Positions 20,631 to 29,796 of a DNA stretch of 38,271 nucleotides are shown one piece after another. The position numbers and the translations under genes were made by a program. Numbering within the stretch: the stretch's first letter is position 1; every line of letters starts with the position of its first letter. Under the pieces are notes generated by a model, which had not been told where the DNA came from, searched no databases, and was given only the letters and a program-made list of their open reading frames with translations. Origin of the DNA: Candidatus Bathyarchaeota archaeon (lineage in GTDB: Archaea; Thermoproteota; Bathyarchaeia; Bathyarchaeales; Bathyarchaeaceae); NCBI GenBank assembly GCA_029879825.1, contig JAOUPL010000001.1, positions 1-38,271 on the forward strand, read 5' to 3'.

Positions 20631-21044
20631 TTATGCTCCTACTTTTTTCCTTAAAGTTTCCAGATAGGTTGCCAAACCTTCTATGTCCTTGACATCGTGC
20701 CCCACAAGGCCGAGAAGCTCTCTCCAGAAAAGAAGGTTGGGGGTTATTTTCATTTCTTCTAGGCGACGAGCTAAACGGTTGGTCCATTCCTTGCCATGTC
20801 TGTCAAAGTCCATTAGAAGGATGACTTCACGTTTTCCTTTTCCTTCTATTTCGCCGAGAACGTCGAGGAACGATTTTCCAGAGGATTTTGCTGAGATGAT
20901 GTCGCCTTCTAAACCCAGCTTATGTAGGGCGTTGATGTCGTTTCTTCCTTCCACTATTATTGGGGTGCCTTTGGTTGATTCTGTTGCGAGTCTTTCTAAA
21001 AGTTTAAGGATTTTCTCCAGTTTTTTCTCTGATTTGGTTGACAA
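20631..21044 (-). CDS. Small Toprim-domain protein
   Basis: IIVEGRNDINAL ... LLMDFDRHG, a Toprim E...DxD pattern. 137 aa. Confidence 0.6.
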   Translation of the reverse strand: MSTKSEKKLEKILKLLERLATESTKGTPIIVEGRNDINALHKLGLEGDIISAKSSGKSFLDVLGEIEGKGKREVILLMDFDRHGKEWTNRLARRLEEMKITPNLLFWRELLGLVGHDVKDIEGLATYLETLRKKVGA

Positions 21045-21049
21045 CGTTT

Positions 21050-22167
21050 CTACCTTGTTACCTCTATCTCCATCATTTTTTCTAACAGTTGTGGGTGCCT
21101 ATGGAAATGTTCTCTAACTGGCTTCAGAATTTCGATGAGGGCTTCTGTGACGCCGTTTTTTAGGTCTAGCGGATGGATTTTGCCTTCGACATAGGCTCTT
21201 TCCATTTTCTCATAGTTTTCGAAGTTTTCTGGGCCTCCGTATTTGGTTGGTCTCGGTATCTCTAGATTTTCTCTTTCGGCGAACACTACATATTTTGATA
21301 GTTCAAGTATGGGGTTTCCTTTCACCTGTTTGGGGGGGCAGTAGGCTTCTTTTATTTTGGTCTTTATGTCGTCGGGGGTGTCGTGGACGAATATGCAACT
21401 CTTGGGTATGCTTTTGGACATTTTTGAGCTGATCTGTATGTTTAGGTCCGCGTTTTCGTCAAATTCTTTTTCAACTGTTTCGGGTCCTTGGAGTCCCATG
21501 AGGAGATGGGTGTGGACGCACGAGGGTTTTTTCCAGCCGAGTTTTTCAGCTACGTCTCTTGCCAGCATGTGAGCCTTTCTTTGGTCTATGCCTGCGCAGG
21601 CTACGTCAAGGTCCATGTGAAAAATGTCTGCCGACTGCATACAGGGATAGTATACCCACGCCGTTTCGACGTCGGTCATGCTCATTTCACGACCCATAAT
21701 TGGTAAGGCGCGCCACGTTCTCTGCAGCGAAGCGCCTTTCGCTATTCGAATGACTTTTTCCCAGTATTCTATGTCTTTGGCTATGTCTGAAGCCCAGAGG
21801 TATTCCACGCTGACCGGTGTTACTCCGAGGGCTGTAAAGCATTGTTTTATGTATTCGCCGCAGGTATGGATTTTTTCCATGTCTCCGCCTAGTTTGTTGT
21901 TTATCCATGAGTGCCAGTCAGCGAGAAAGACGATGAAATGGAAGCCAGCTTTTGTCATGTCTTTGATTTTGGATGTGCAGACTAGGCCCATTCCGATGTG
22001 CATTATTCTGGGTGACCGTGAAGGTTCACGGCTCACTGTCCAGAGCACTCGAAGCCCCAGTAGGCTCTGGGCTTAGTCTTTGTTTCCAGTAATGTGCGGA
22101 TTTCTTGGGGAATTATGATTTCTTCTACGTTTCTTGTGACAAGGTCTATTCTTTGTTCTAAATCCAA
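21050..22167 (-). CDS. tyrS: Tyrosyl-tRNA synthetase, interrupted by a 32-nt intervening sequence
   Basis: Exon 1 (22167..22038, TTG start) encodes MDLEQRIDLV...KPRAYWGFECSG and then a stop. Track ORF 21050..22048 continues in another frame with MHIGMGLV...FLADWHSWINNKLGG...KMSKS...LHPLDLKN. Removing 22006..22037 restores one 361-codon frame. Confidence 0.8.
22006..22037 (-). other. Candidate BHB (bulge-helix-bulge) intron within tyrS mRNA
   Basis: RNA: CUGG(ACA)GUGAgCCGUGAAccUUCACGGUCAC-CCAG(AAU). This is a 4-bp helix flanked by two 3-nt bulges plus an inner hairpin. Excision of 32 nt is in frame. Confidence 0.55.
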
Positions 22168-22211
22168 GCAGATCGCCCTCTTACATCCTCATTCGCTTTT
22201 GTTAACTTAAA

Positions 22212-22463
22212 AGTTCTTGTCGCGGGCGTTGTGTCCCACGTAACTAACACTCAACCTCACAGTTGGAGCCTTACGCTCCTCTCAGGTGAGCTCTCTCTGA
22301 CGTGGGCTGGTAGGCGCCCGCGCCCACCGTGTCCCATGCCTGGGTAAACCCTTCGTCAACGGTAGATGAAATCACCAGCCTCTGTTGGGTCCGTCTGCAT
22401 GAGCCCTGTTAAGGTTCCGGTGGGATTATGCTCCAGCCTAGTGTCATCGCCACTAAGAAGACT
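22212..22463 (+). ncRNA. Structured RNA, RNase P RNA-like (tentative)
   Basis: GC-rich spacer with no ORF. GGCTGGTA, GGGTAAACCC (22342-22351) and GGTAGATGAAATCACC (22361-22376) resemble RNase P CR-III/IV. The termini AGTTCTTGTCGCG / CGCCACTAAGAAGACT can pair. Candidate P4 is GTGTCCCAC (22231) with GGTGGGATTAT (22419). The universal GGAAAGUCC is not seen. Confidence 0.4.
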
Positions 22464-22512
22464 GGAATCCATGGACATAAGATTTTCCTAAACCGGGAAG
22501 CTGGATAGGCTT

Positions 22513-24180
22513 TTAGCGTGTTGTTTTTATGATTCTTTGCAGGTCTATTTCGAAGGCGCTTGTTGGATTTTCTAGTTCAAAATTGTTGAGAACCTCTGGG
22601 TGGATTTCTCCTACAACGCCGATCTTTCTGCCTTTAACATAGATCGCAGCCGCTCTCCCCTGCAAGAAACTTGGATGCTTAGTCCCTTTGATCTCCCAGT
22701 TTTTCAAGTCGAGATTGGCGAGCAAAGCTTCCACGTAAGACTTTATCTCAGTGAAGTTGGCTGTTGGGTGGGAGGAGACGCATGCTACGTGAAGCCTTCG
22801 TTCTGTGCGGGTTTCAGCCTTCTCGTTGATTTCTATCACGTCGGAAACTTCGAACATTCGTTGGGGATATGCTTGGTGTTTGTTGTCTGCCAGATTCTTC
22901 ATCAAGCGGGGCAACAAATCGTTTCGAACTATGGAATACTCTGTGGAAACGGGGTTCGCCAGCCTAATCATCTTTCCAGCCTTCCTTCTCATTTTTTGAT
23001 AGTGGTCAACCTCGTTGGCGAGAATGAAGTTCATAGCTTCCACGAAGCCTAGTCCAACCATTATTTGTCGAACGTAATTCGCCACTGCACTCACTTCGTG
23101 TTCTCTGCCCGTTGTCACAGTCGTCGGCTTCGTGGGTTTCAGTCTAAAATAGCCGTAGCCGATGGCAACCTCCTCAACCAAGTCAATTTCATGCATTATA
23201 TCAATTCGATAGGCGGGAATCAGAACCTCCAAAACTCCTTTGCTTATCCTTCTTGCGTCAAGTCTAGACTTCTGGAGGGCTTGTATAGTTTTGGTTTCTG
23301 AAAGCTTGAGACCCAACAACGCGTTGGCATAGTCAACCCTCAACTCCATCTGCTGAGGCGTCAAGTCAGGAGTAACTAAGACGTGATCAGAGTATCCAAC
23401 GCGAACACTTTCTATGGTTGCGCCCATGTCTGCCAACGCTGTGACCAAAACGTTCAAGCTTCTTGAAATGGCGTTAGGCTCCGTACCAGTCACATCGATG
23501 AACAGGTTTCGCGTTCGACTGTCCACCCGTGTCAGTTCGCCATTGATTATCGGGGGAAAAGAGAGAACCCGCCCCAACTTGTCCACGATTAGGGGATACC
23601 TTGAGGCCCAATCCACGTGACCTTTATACGCGATTCCCTTCTCATGCTTCTCCAGAATTTCTTGCAGAGTCATCTCTTCGGTCTTGTCTAAGGGGACAAA
23701 TTTGACTTCATTTGGGGCGCTGGTTGTGTAAGCGAAGGGAGGTTCAACAGCGTCTAAGTTGTGCACTCCGATAGAAGCTTTTTTCCGGTCCCTGCCCACC
23801 CCCCAGTGAAGATCCTCCTGCATCTCCATAAGTTCTCTAACAGTATCATAGTCAAGCTTCACGTTGCGTATAACAGCGGATACGACGTAGGGCCTAACCT
23901 CAGCCACCGTTGGATCCACTTTCAAAACAATTTTTCCTTCCTTCACCTCGTACTTCGGCAGTCCAGTCTCCCAACCCATCAGTCCACGGAAAGCTCTGGC
24001 CACTCCACCGTAGCTTGAAAAGTCCACACGGTTTGGGTTAAACTCGATTTTCACGTAGTCTGGTCCGATTTCGTCTGTGTCAACGCCCAGCCAAGGAAGC
24101 CATTTAGCCATCTCTTCTACACTAAGGGGCCGCCCGACGAACGAGGAGAAGCGGTCTCTGTCTAGAGTTAACGCTGGCAT
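22513..24180 (-). CDS. pheT: Phenylalanyl-tRNA synthetase beta subunit
   Basis: 555 aa with archaeal-type B3/4 and B5 domain layout. Overlaps the pheS stop by 13 nt. Confidence 0.9.
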   Translation of the reverse strand: MPALTLDRDRFSSFVGRPLSVEEMAKWLPWLGVDTDEIGPDYVKIEFNPNRVDFSSYGGVARAFRGLMGWETGLPKYEVKEGKIVLKVDPTVAEVRPYVVSAVIRNVKLDYDTVRELMEMQEDLHWGVGRDRKKASIGVHNLDAVEPPFAYTTSAPNEVKFVPLDKTEEMTLQEILEKHEKGIAYKGHVDWASRYPLIVDKLGRVLSFPPIINGELTRVDSRTRNLFIDVTGTEPNAISRSLNVLVTALADMGATIESVRVGYSDHVLVTPDLTPQQMELRVDYANALLGLKLSETKTIQALQKSRLDARRISKGVLEVLIPAYRIDIMHEIDLVEEVAIGYGYFRLKPTKPTTVTTGREHEVSAVANYVRQIMVGLGFVEAMNFILANEVDHYQKMRRKAGKMIRLANPVSTEYSIVRNDLLPRLMKNLADNKHQAYPQRMFEVSDVIEINEKAETRTERRLHVACVSSHPTANFTEIKSYVEALLANLDLKNWEIKGTKHPSFLQGRAAAIYVKGRKIGVVGEIHPEVLNNFELENPTSAFEIDLQRIIKTTR

Positions 24181-25679
24181 ACCGGGGTCCTCCTCATCCA
24201 GCCCAGATCGTTTTTGTACAAGAGCCGTATGTCTTCAATGCCAAGCTTGAGAATTATCAGGCGTTCCAAGCCTCCTCCCCAGGCTAAAACTGGATATTTT
24301 ATGCCAAGGGGAGCCAAAACTTCTGGGCGAAAGATGCCCATTCCACAGAGTTCCACCCAAGTTTTGAGCTCTGGAACGTAAACCGTGGACTGCATTGAAG
24401 GCTCCGTGTACGGGAAGTAGCTGGGCCAAAACTGCACTTTTTTCAATCCAAGTTTAAGGTAGAACTCCTTCAAAGTTCCCATCAAGTCTCGCAGGGTCAC
24501 CTTTTTGTCCATGACTATTCCTTCAATCTGATGGAATTCCGCGAGGTGTTTGTAGTCTACCTTCTCGTTGCGGTAGACACGGTCCACGGAAAAAACCTTC
24601 ACCGGCGGCTCCTTATGCTCAGCGAGGTAGCGGATGGTCACCGCGGTTGTGTGGGTCCTCAGTATCAGCCTCTTCGCCTCGTCAGCACTCCAAGTGTACT
24701 CCCAACCTCTCGAACCCGTTATCCAACCGTCTTCATGGGTTTTCGCCACCGCATCCACAACATCTTTTTTGGGCAGTTTTCCCTTTCTTGGCTGCGCCAG
24801 ATAGAAAGTGTCCATCATCTCCCTAGCCGGATGATCTTGAGGTTGGAACAAGGCATCGAAGTTCCAGAAGGCTGTTTCAACGATGGAGCCTCGAATTTCT
24901 GTGAAGCCCATCTCTAGGAAAATTTCCCTAACCCTCTGGATTATCTGCTGTGCTGGATGAATTTTTCCAGGATGAATTATTGGACCAGGCGCGGTTACGT
25001 CAAACCGTCTGAGTTTTGCCTTTCGCCATCTCCCTGTTCGGATGAGCTCAGGAGTTAGTTGACTGACTTCCTCAACGATTTCTATTCCTTTCTCAGCCAA
25101 GTCCCAGCCGGCATCCGTTAATTCCAGTTCACGCAGGGTTTTCTTACTCACCTTCACAAGTCTTCGTTTTTTTAGAAGGGAAACAGCCTTTTGCAGTTCT
25201 TGGCTCAAATCCTCAACAATTAAAGGTTCCTTTTCAGCTAGGAGAGATAGAAGTTTTTCGTCATTTCCAGTCAGCGGTTCCCTCAAGGATTTCAGTACAC
25301 GTTCCTTTTTCTTTATGGTCGCCCAGTCCTTACGGCTAAGCCACCCCAAGGCTATGGTTAAGAACTTCTTTTCTAACCCTGCAGCATCAGCAACATCGTC
25401 AACAGAAGCCTCGCCGCCCAACTTGATCAACGAGTTGATTAAACGTCTTTCGGGAAGCCTTTTTTTCGCGTGATAACTTCCCTCTTTAGTTAAAGCGATT
25501 GCGGTTTGCTTTCTTTCATGCGTTCTTACTAGTTTCTTTGTGGTAAGGGAGAGGGCAGCACGCATGACTGCTGCATGAGCTAGGCCACTAACCTTGACTA
25601 ACTGGTCGACGGGGCCTCTCCCCCTTAGCCTTTCCAAGGCAAGTAGGGTTTTTTGTTCGTTCTCTCGAAGTTCAGCCAC
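24168..25679 (-). CDS. pheS: Phenylalanyl-tRNA synthetase alpha subunit
   Basis: 503 aa. N-terminal wHTH repeats and class II core motifs (HPAREMMDTFY, FRNE-like YRNEKVD, GMGIFRPEV...AWGGGLERL). Confidence 0.9.
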   Translation of the reverse strand: MAELRENEQKTLLALERLRGRGPVDQLVKVSGLAHAAVMRAALSLTTKKLVRTHERKQTAIALTKEGSYHAKKRLPERRLINSLIKLGGEASVDDVADAAGLEKKFLTIALGWLSRKDWATIKKKERVLKSLREPLTGNDEKLLSLLAEKEPLIVEDLSQELQKAVSLLKKRRLVKVSKKTLRELELTDAGWDLAEKGIEIVEEVSQLTPELIRTGRWRKAKLRRFDVTAPGPIIHPGKIHPAQQIIQRVREIFLEMGFTEIRGSIVETAFWNFDALFQPQDHPAREMMDTFYLAQPRKGKLPKKDVVDAVAKTHEDGWITGSRGWEYTWSADEAKRLILRTHTTAVTIRYLAEHKEPPVKVFSVDRVYRNEKVDYKHLAEFHQIEGIVMDKKVTLRDLMGTLKEFYLKLGLKKVQFWPSYFPYTEPSMQSTVYVPELKTWVELCGMGIFRPEVLAPLGIKYPVLAWGGGLERLIILKLGIEDIRLLYKNDLGWMRRTPVCQR

Positions 25680-25893
25680 TAATTTTGCCTCCTCCTAGAC
25701 TTCGCCGTAACAGGGATCAGTAAACTGGTTTAGCATTGTAATAAGAATGTTTTAAAGGTTTCAACCTCAGATGCCCTAAACTAGTTGAAAAGGAAGTTAA
25801 AGGCGAAAGATTGGAAATTGGTAGGGCATCCCTTCACCTTCACTAGTGAGTACCGACAAAGATTATTTATAATTTGTCTGTCACCTTCGATGG

Positions 25894-27021
25894 CTACGCG
25901 ACCTGCATTATTTCCCTTGCTTTGTCAACGAATTTTCGCCGTTTTCGTTTATGATCCTTCACGAAGTTTAGAACGAGTTCTGTCGTCTTAGCTTTATGTT
26001 CTCCGCACAAGAGTTTCCCGCTTTTACAATCGTTGTAAACCTTCACAACGTCGTCGTCTTTTTCGACAAAATGGTACATTTCAATCTCGTATATGGGACA
26101 AATCTCCGGCACTCCGCCCAGTCTCCTCTGCTCTTCCACGGTGGGCCGTCCGCCGGTGAAGGCGTTTGAAATTTTCTTTGCTATAGATTCGGGGTTTTCG
26201 TGTAAAGTGAAGTAGCTCATGGAGTTTCGTTTAGCCATTTTTGGAGAACCGTCCAATCCCTTCATGATTTTGTGGTAGGTGGAGGAAGGTGAAACAAAAT
26301 TGAACTTGCGGCGAAACTTGCTGGCGAGGTCCCGAGTTAAACGTAGGTGGGCGTCTTGGTCAATACCTACAGGGACGACTGTTGGTTTTGGTCCGTCAAA
26401 ATCTTCGAGTTGAGGCATCAGTATGTCTCCCGCCTGTACGAGGGCGGACAAGTAGAGTCCAATGTTCCGTTCACCGTAGATGGCTTTCATTGTAGCCAGA
26501 GTTACGCTTCTTCCAAAAAGAACTGCTAAGTCTCTAACCCGCTGTTCCTTATACTGTCGATAAATGAAGCCACGCTTCGGGTCGAATCCTAGGGCGAGTA
26601 AATCTGCAACGTTGCCTGCAGCAATTTTTTCGCTTTTTTCGAAGGGGATTTTGTTGTCTTCGTAGGCTTCGATGTCTGCGATACAGTAGAAGGCAGTGGC
26701 TCCCTGTTGTTGGAAATAGATGATTTCCCGGGCGGTCATGAGGGTTCCTAAGTGAAACTCTCCTGTTGGTTTGATGCCACTCATTACTGCAAACTTTTCG
26801 TGGCTTTTCATATTTTCTAAGACGCTTTCGAAATCTCTGTGTCCGAAGATGACGCCGCGCCTCATATACATGCTTGGGTTCGGTATCTCCGCCAAAAGAG
26901 ATTTAAATCGCTGTATCCCGAACTCTTCGCAGAGGCGGTTGTAGTCCTCAACTACCGTTGTTCCCCAAGGGTCAAGCACCGTTTTCCTGTTACCAGCCGT
27001 CGACAACTTTTGACGTCCCAC
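25894..27021 (-). CDS. trpS: Tryptophanyl-tRNA synthetase (archaeal/eukaryal type)
   Basis: LDPWG...YNRLCEEFGI N-terminus, GIKPTGEFHLGT (HIGH region), GIDQDAHLRLTRD, KMAKRN in the KMSKS position. Confidence 0.85.
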   Translation of the reverse strand: MGRQKLSTAGNRKTVLDPWGTTVVEDYNRLCEEFGIQRFKSLLAEIPNPSMYMRRGVIFGHRDFESVLENMKSHEKFAVMSGIKPTGEFHLGTLMTAREIIYFQQQGATAFYCIADIEAYEDNKIPFEKSEKIAAGNVADLLALGFDPKRGFIYRQYKEQRVRDLAVLFGRSVTLATMKAIYGERNIGLYLSALVQAGDILMPQLEDFDGPKPTVVPVGIDQDAHLRLTRDLASKFRRKFNFVSPSSTYHKIMKGLDGSPKMAKRNSMSYFTLHENPESIAKKISNAFTGGRPTVEEQRRLGGVPEICPIYEIEMYHFVEKDDDVVKVYNDCKSGKLLCGEHKAKTTELVLNFVKDHKRKRRKFVDKAREIMQVA

Positions 27022-27128
27022 CGTTGCTAAATCATTAGGGTTGAGAAGTTTCTTTAAGGTTTCCGGAAATCAAATATTCACGTGGGAAACATGATAACAG
27101 ACAATATAAAAATTGAGCAGAGGAATGA

Positions 27129-27701
27129 TTGTTGAAGACAGAAAAAGTCGAAGTTCCTTTGTCCTCATCGTATAGGCTACTACATCCAAGGCTTACCGTG
27201 TTGGTGAGCTGCGTAGACAAAGCAGGCAAAGCAAACGTCATAACTCTGGCATGGTCCATGCCCGTGTCCATCAACCCACCCATAGTTGCCATAAGCATCG
27301 CTCCAAAAAGATATTCCCACCAACTGATTGAGGAGACGAAAGAATTTGTGATTAACATTCCAACGATGGACATCGTCCAAGAAACTCTATTTTGTGGCAG
27401 GAGAAGTGGAAGAAGTTACGACAAGTTTAAGGAAACACGGCTAACTACTCTGCCAGCCAAATTGGTTAAGCCGCCCATAATCAAAGAATGCGTAGCACAT
27501 TTAGAATGCAAGTTGGAGGAACAAATAACCGTGGGAGACCACACTCTCTTCATCGGCCGCGTTCTAACAGCCTACACGAATAAAGGAATCTTCGACGAAA
27601 AGTTTGACGTTAAACAGGTGAAAACCGTCTATCACATGGGAGGAGACGACTTCGTAACCCTTGCTCCCGAAATATTCTCGCCTCAATTGCAGGAACAATG
27701 A
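27129..27701 (+). CDS. Flavin reductase-like FMN-binding domain protein
   Basis: 190 aa with a TTG start. VITLAWSMPVS...PPIVAISI...FVINIP pattern of the flavoredoxin/flavin reductase family. Confidence 0.65.
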   Translation: MLKTEKVEVPLSSSYRLLHPRLTVLVSCVDKAGKANVITLAWSMPVSINPPIVAISIAPKRYSHQLIEETKEFVINIPTMDIVQETLFCGRRSGRSYDKFKETRLTTLPAKLVKPPIIKECVAHLECKLEEQITVGDHTLFIGRVLTAYTNKGIFDEKFDVKQVKTVYHMGGDDFVTLAPEIFSPQLQEQ

Positions 27702-27746
27702 AAGACAAAGAATAGTTGTTGACAAAAACATTGTTTCCGTCAAAAA

Positions 27747-28418
27747 TCACGGTTGATAGGCTTCTCCGGGTTTCAACGCAACAACCTTAACCTTTGGCGC
27801 TTTCTCCTTGACGAATTTTATGAAATCCTCAGCTGAAGGAGACAAAACTGGAAAGGTTTGGTAGTGCATCGGGATGACTACAGCAGGCTTGATCAACTTC
27901 ACCGCCTCAGCCGCCTCCTTAGGTCCCATGGTATAATAGTCGCCGATGGGAATCAGCGCCACATCCGGAAGATGAATTTCGCCGATAAGCTTCATGTCTC
28001 CAAAGAGTCCTGTGTCACCGGTATGATAGATGGTTTTTCCCTCTGCCTTTATAACGAAGCCTGCAGGCGCTCCCCGAGTTGAGGAATGGAAAGCCTGAAC
28101 CATGGTTACGCTTATCCCTTCTACGTCAACGGTTCCGCCGATGTTGATTCCAACAACGTCTTTTACGCCATTTTCCTTAGCAAAGACACCTAGTTCGTAT
28201 ATGCCAACAAAGGTCGCCCCGGTTCTTTTACAAATTTCAATAGCATCACCTAGATGGTCCCCGTGATCGTGGGTGACGCAAACTACGTCGGCTTTCTTGA
28301 TGTCTGAAGCCTTCATGGTGGCCAGTGGATTGCCAGTTAACCAAGGGTCTATCAGCAATATTTTGTTCGCCAACTCAACCTCGAAACCTGAGTGACCTAA
28401 CCACCTTATTTTTGCCAC
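27747..28418 (-). CDS. UPF0173 metallo-beta-lactamase-fold hydrolase
   Basis: MAKIRWLGHSGFEV start, VTHDHGDH motif, 223 aa. Confidence 0.75.
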   Translation of the reverse strand: MAKIRWLGHSGFEVELANKILLIDPWLTGNPLATMKASDIKKADVVCVTHDHGDHLGDAIEICKRTGATFVGIYELGVFAKENGVKDVVGINIGGTVDVEGISVTMVQAFHSSTRGAPAGFVIKAEGKTIYHTGDTGLFGDMKLIGEIHLPDVALIPIGDYYTMGPKEAAEAVKLIKPAVVIPMHYQTFPVLSPSAEDFIKFVKEKAPKVKVVALKPGEAYQP

Positions 28419-28483
28419 GGCACATCACCTTTTCTAAACTTTTTTTAACTCCTCCCTCATTTAAGGGATTTACGTGTAAGACT

Positions 28484-29386
28484 ATGGCAATACCTGGAGA
28501 AGTCTTCCAAAAATACCGACTCGCTGGAAAAATCGCTAGAGAAGTTCGAGAAGAGATGAGAAGAACCGTTCGTGAAGGAATGCCAATAATTGACATATGT
28601 GAAAAAGCAGAGTCTCTAATTAGGAAAAAGGGAGGAAAGCCTGCGTTTCCCTGCAACGTGTCCGTCAATGAAATAGCCGCGCACTATACGTCTCCGCCGC
28701 AGGATAAGCGGACTGTTCCCGAAAATTCCATAGTTAAAATAGACATCGGCGTTCACGTTGACGGTTACATTGCCGACACAGCTGTAACCGTTTGTTTCAA
28801 TCCAGAATATGACGACCTCGCAGACACGGCAGAAGAAGCCCTGAAAAAGGCTGTAGAAATACTTCAACCTGGGCTGTCCTTGTCACGCTTCGGCTCAACT
28901 ATTCAAAAGACGATTAAGACCCGTGGGTTCAAACCCGTCTCGAATCTCACTGGACATTTGATTGGACGTTATTTAATACACGCAGGAAAATCTTTACCCA
29001 ACGTGTTTCACGTCTCCACCTCCAGAGTGAAGGAAGGGGAAATCTACGGAGTCGAACCTTTCACAACGGTTGCTAAGGCTGCTGGTAGAGTTGAGAACGG
29101 TGAAGAAGCACACATTTTCAGATATCTGAAGCATAAGTCTTTGAAAGACCCCTACGCGAAACGACTTTTGAACCATATCAGAAAGAACTTTCAGACTCTT
29201 CCTTTCACAGAGCGGTGGCTTCAAGGATGCGTGCCGCCTAGTAGCTATGAAACTGCGTTTTCCGGGCTCCTATCTTCAAAAGCTTTGATGTCTTATCCCG
29301 TCTTTGTAGAAGCAAGTAGAAAGCCTGTGGCGCAGGCTGAACACACGATTTTGGTGGTAAAAGACGGCTGTAAGGTGTTAACTTAG
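28484..29386 (+). CDS. map: Methionine aminopeptidase type 2
   Basis: ATG at 28484. NEIAAHYTP-like (NEIAAHYTS), DIGVHVDGYIADTA, AQAEHTILV. The upstream part of track ORF 28325.. overlaps the neighbouring gene start. Confidence 0.85.
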   Translation: MAIPGEVFQKYRLAGKIAREVREEMRRTVREGMPIIDICEKAESLIRKKGGKPAFPCNVSVNEIAAHYTSPPQDKRTVPENSIVKIDIGVHVDGYIADTAVTVCFNPEYDDLADTAEEALKKAVEILQPGLSLSRFGSTIQKTIKTRGFKPVSNLTGHLIGRYLIHAGKSLPNVFHVSTSRVKEGEIYGVEPFTTVAKAAGRVENGEEAHIFRYLKHKSLKDPYAKRLLNHIRKNFQTLPFTERWLQGCVPPSSYETAFSGLLSSKALMSYPVFVEASRKPVAQAEHTILVVKDGCKVLT

Positions 29387-29391
29387 CTGTT

Positions 29392-29796
29392 CTACTTCTC
29401 TTTTTCCTTAACCTCGCGATAGATCGAGGTAATCATCATGTTATCGCTGCATTTCGGGCAAGGTTCCGTTTCTTTGAAGATGTAGTCTCCTCTTTCGAAG
29501 TCTCGAATGTTTTTGAACCCACATTTTTGGCATAGTATTGTTGTGACTACTTGAGGCATTTCAAAGGCTTCTCGCAGAGTCCTTCTCTTTGTTTGTAAAA
29601 GCAGGTAAGCTGATATGGCGAGTCCAATGAAGCCTATCAACATGTAAATTTGCGCACTGGGGTCCTGACTTTTATACGTGGCAAATCCCATAAAGAGGGC
29701 GATGACCGACAAAACAACGGTTATTAAAACCATTACAACAGAGAACAAGGAAATATTTGCTTTCGGAGGCTCAGCCTTATCAGTCATTTCTTTCAC
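29392..29796 (-). CDS. Membrane protein with C-terminal zinc ribbon
   Basis: Two predicted TM helices followed by CQKCG...CPKC. 134 aa. Confidence 0.45.
   Translation of the reverse strand: MKEMTDKAEPPKANISLFSVVMVLITVVLSVIALFMGFATYKSQDPSAQIYMLIGFIGLAISAYLLLQTKRRTLREAFEMPQVVTTILCQKCGFKNIRDFERGDYIFKETEPCPKCSDNMMITSIYREVKEKEK

Noticed and set aside
19718-20692. 324-aa ORF on the plus strand, the longest unassigned ORF in the track
   Set aside because: It lies entirely antisense to dnaG and the Toprim gene. It is low-complexity and Ser/Pro/Leu-rich, with no motifs. It is a typical shadow ORF of a strongly supported gene. The same reasoning applies to 16098..16580 (antisense to Pelota), 12679..13185, 18613..19041, 22600..23052, 29948..30331 and 31820..32200.
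21050-22167. tyrS as a simple frameshift pseudogene or sequencing error
   Set aside because: The discontinuity is a discrete 32-nt insertion, not a 1-2-nt indel. Both halves look fully intact with conserved motifs, and the insert forms a BHB-like fold with in-frame excision. The pseudogene possibility remains in the refutation criteria.
25894-27021. KMAKRN in place of KMSKS in trpS as a sign of an inactive paralogue
   Set aside because: Archaeal and eukaryal-type TrpRS commonly deviate from KMSKS, and the rest of the active-site motifs look intact. This is not strong enough to report.
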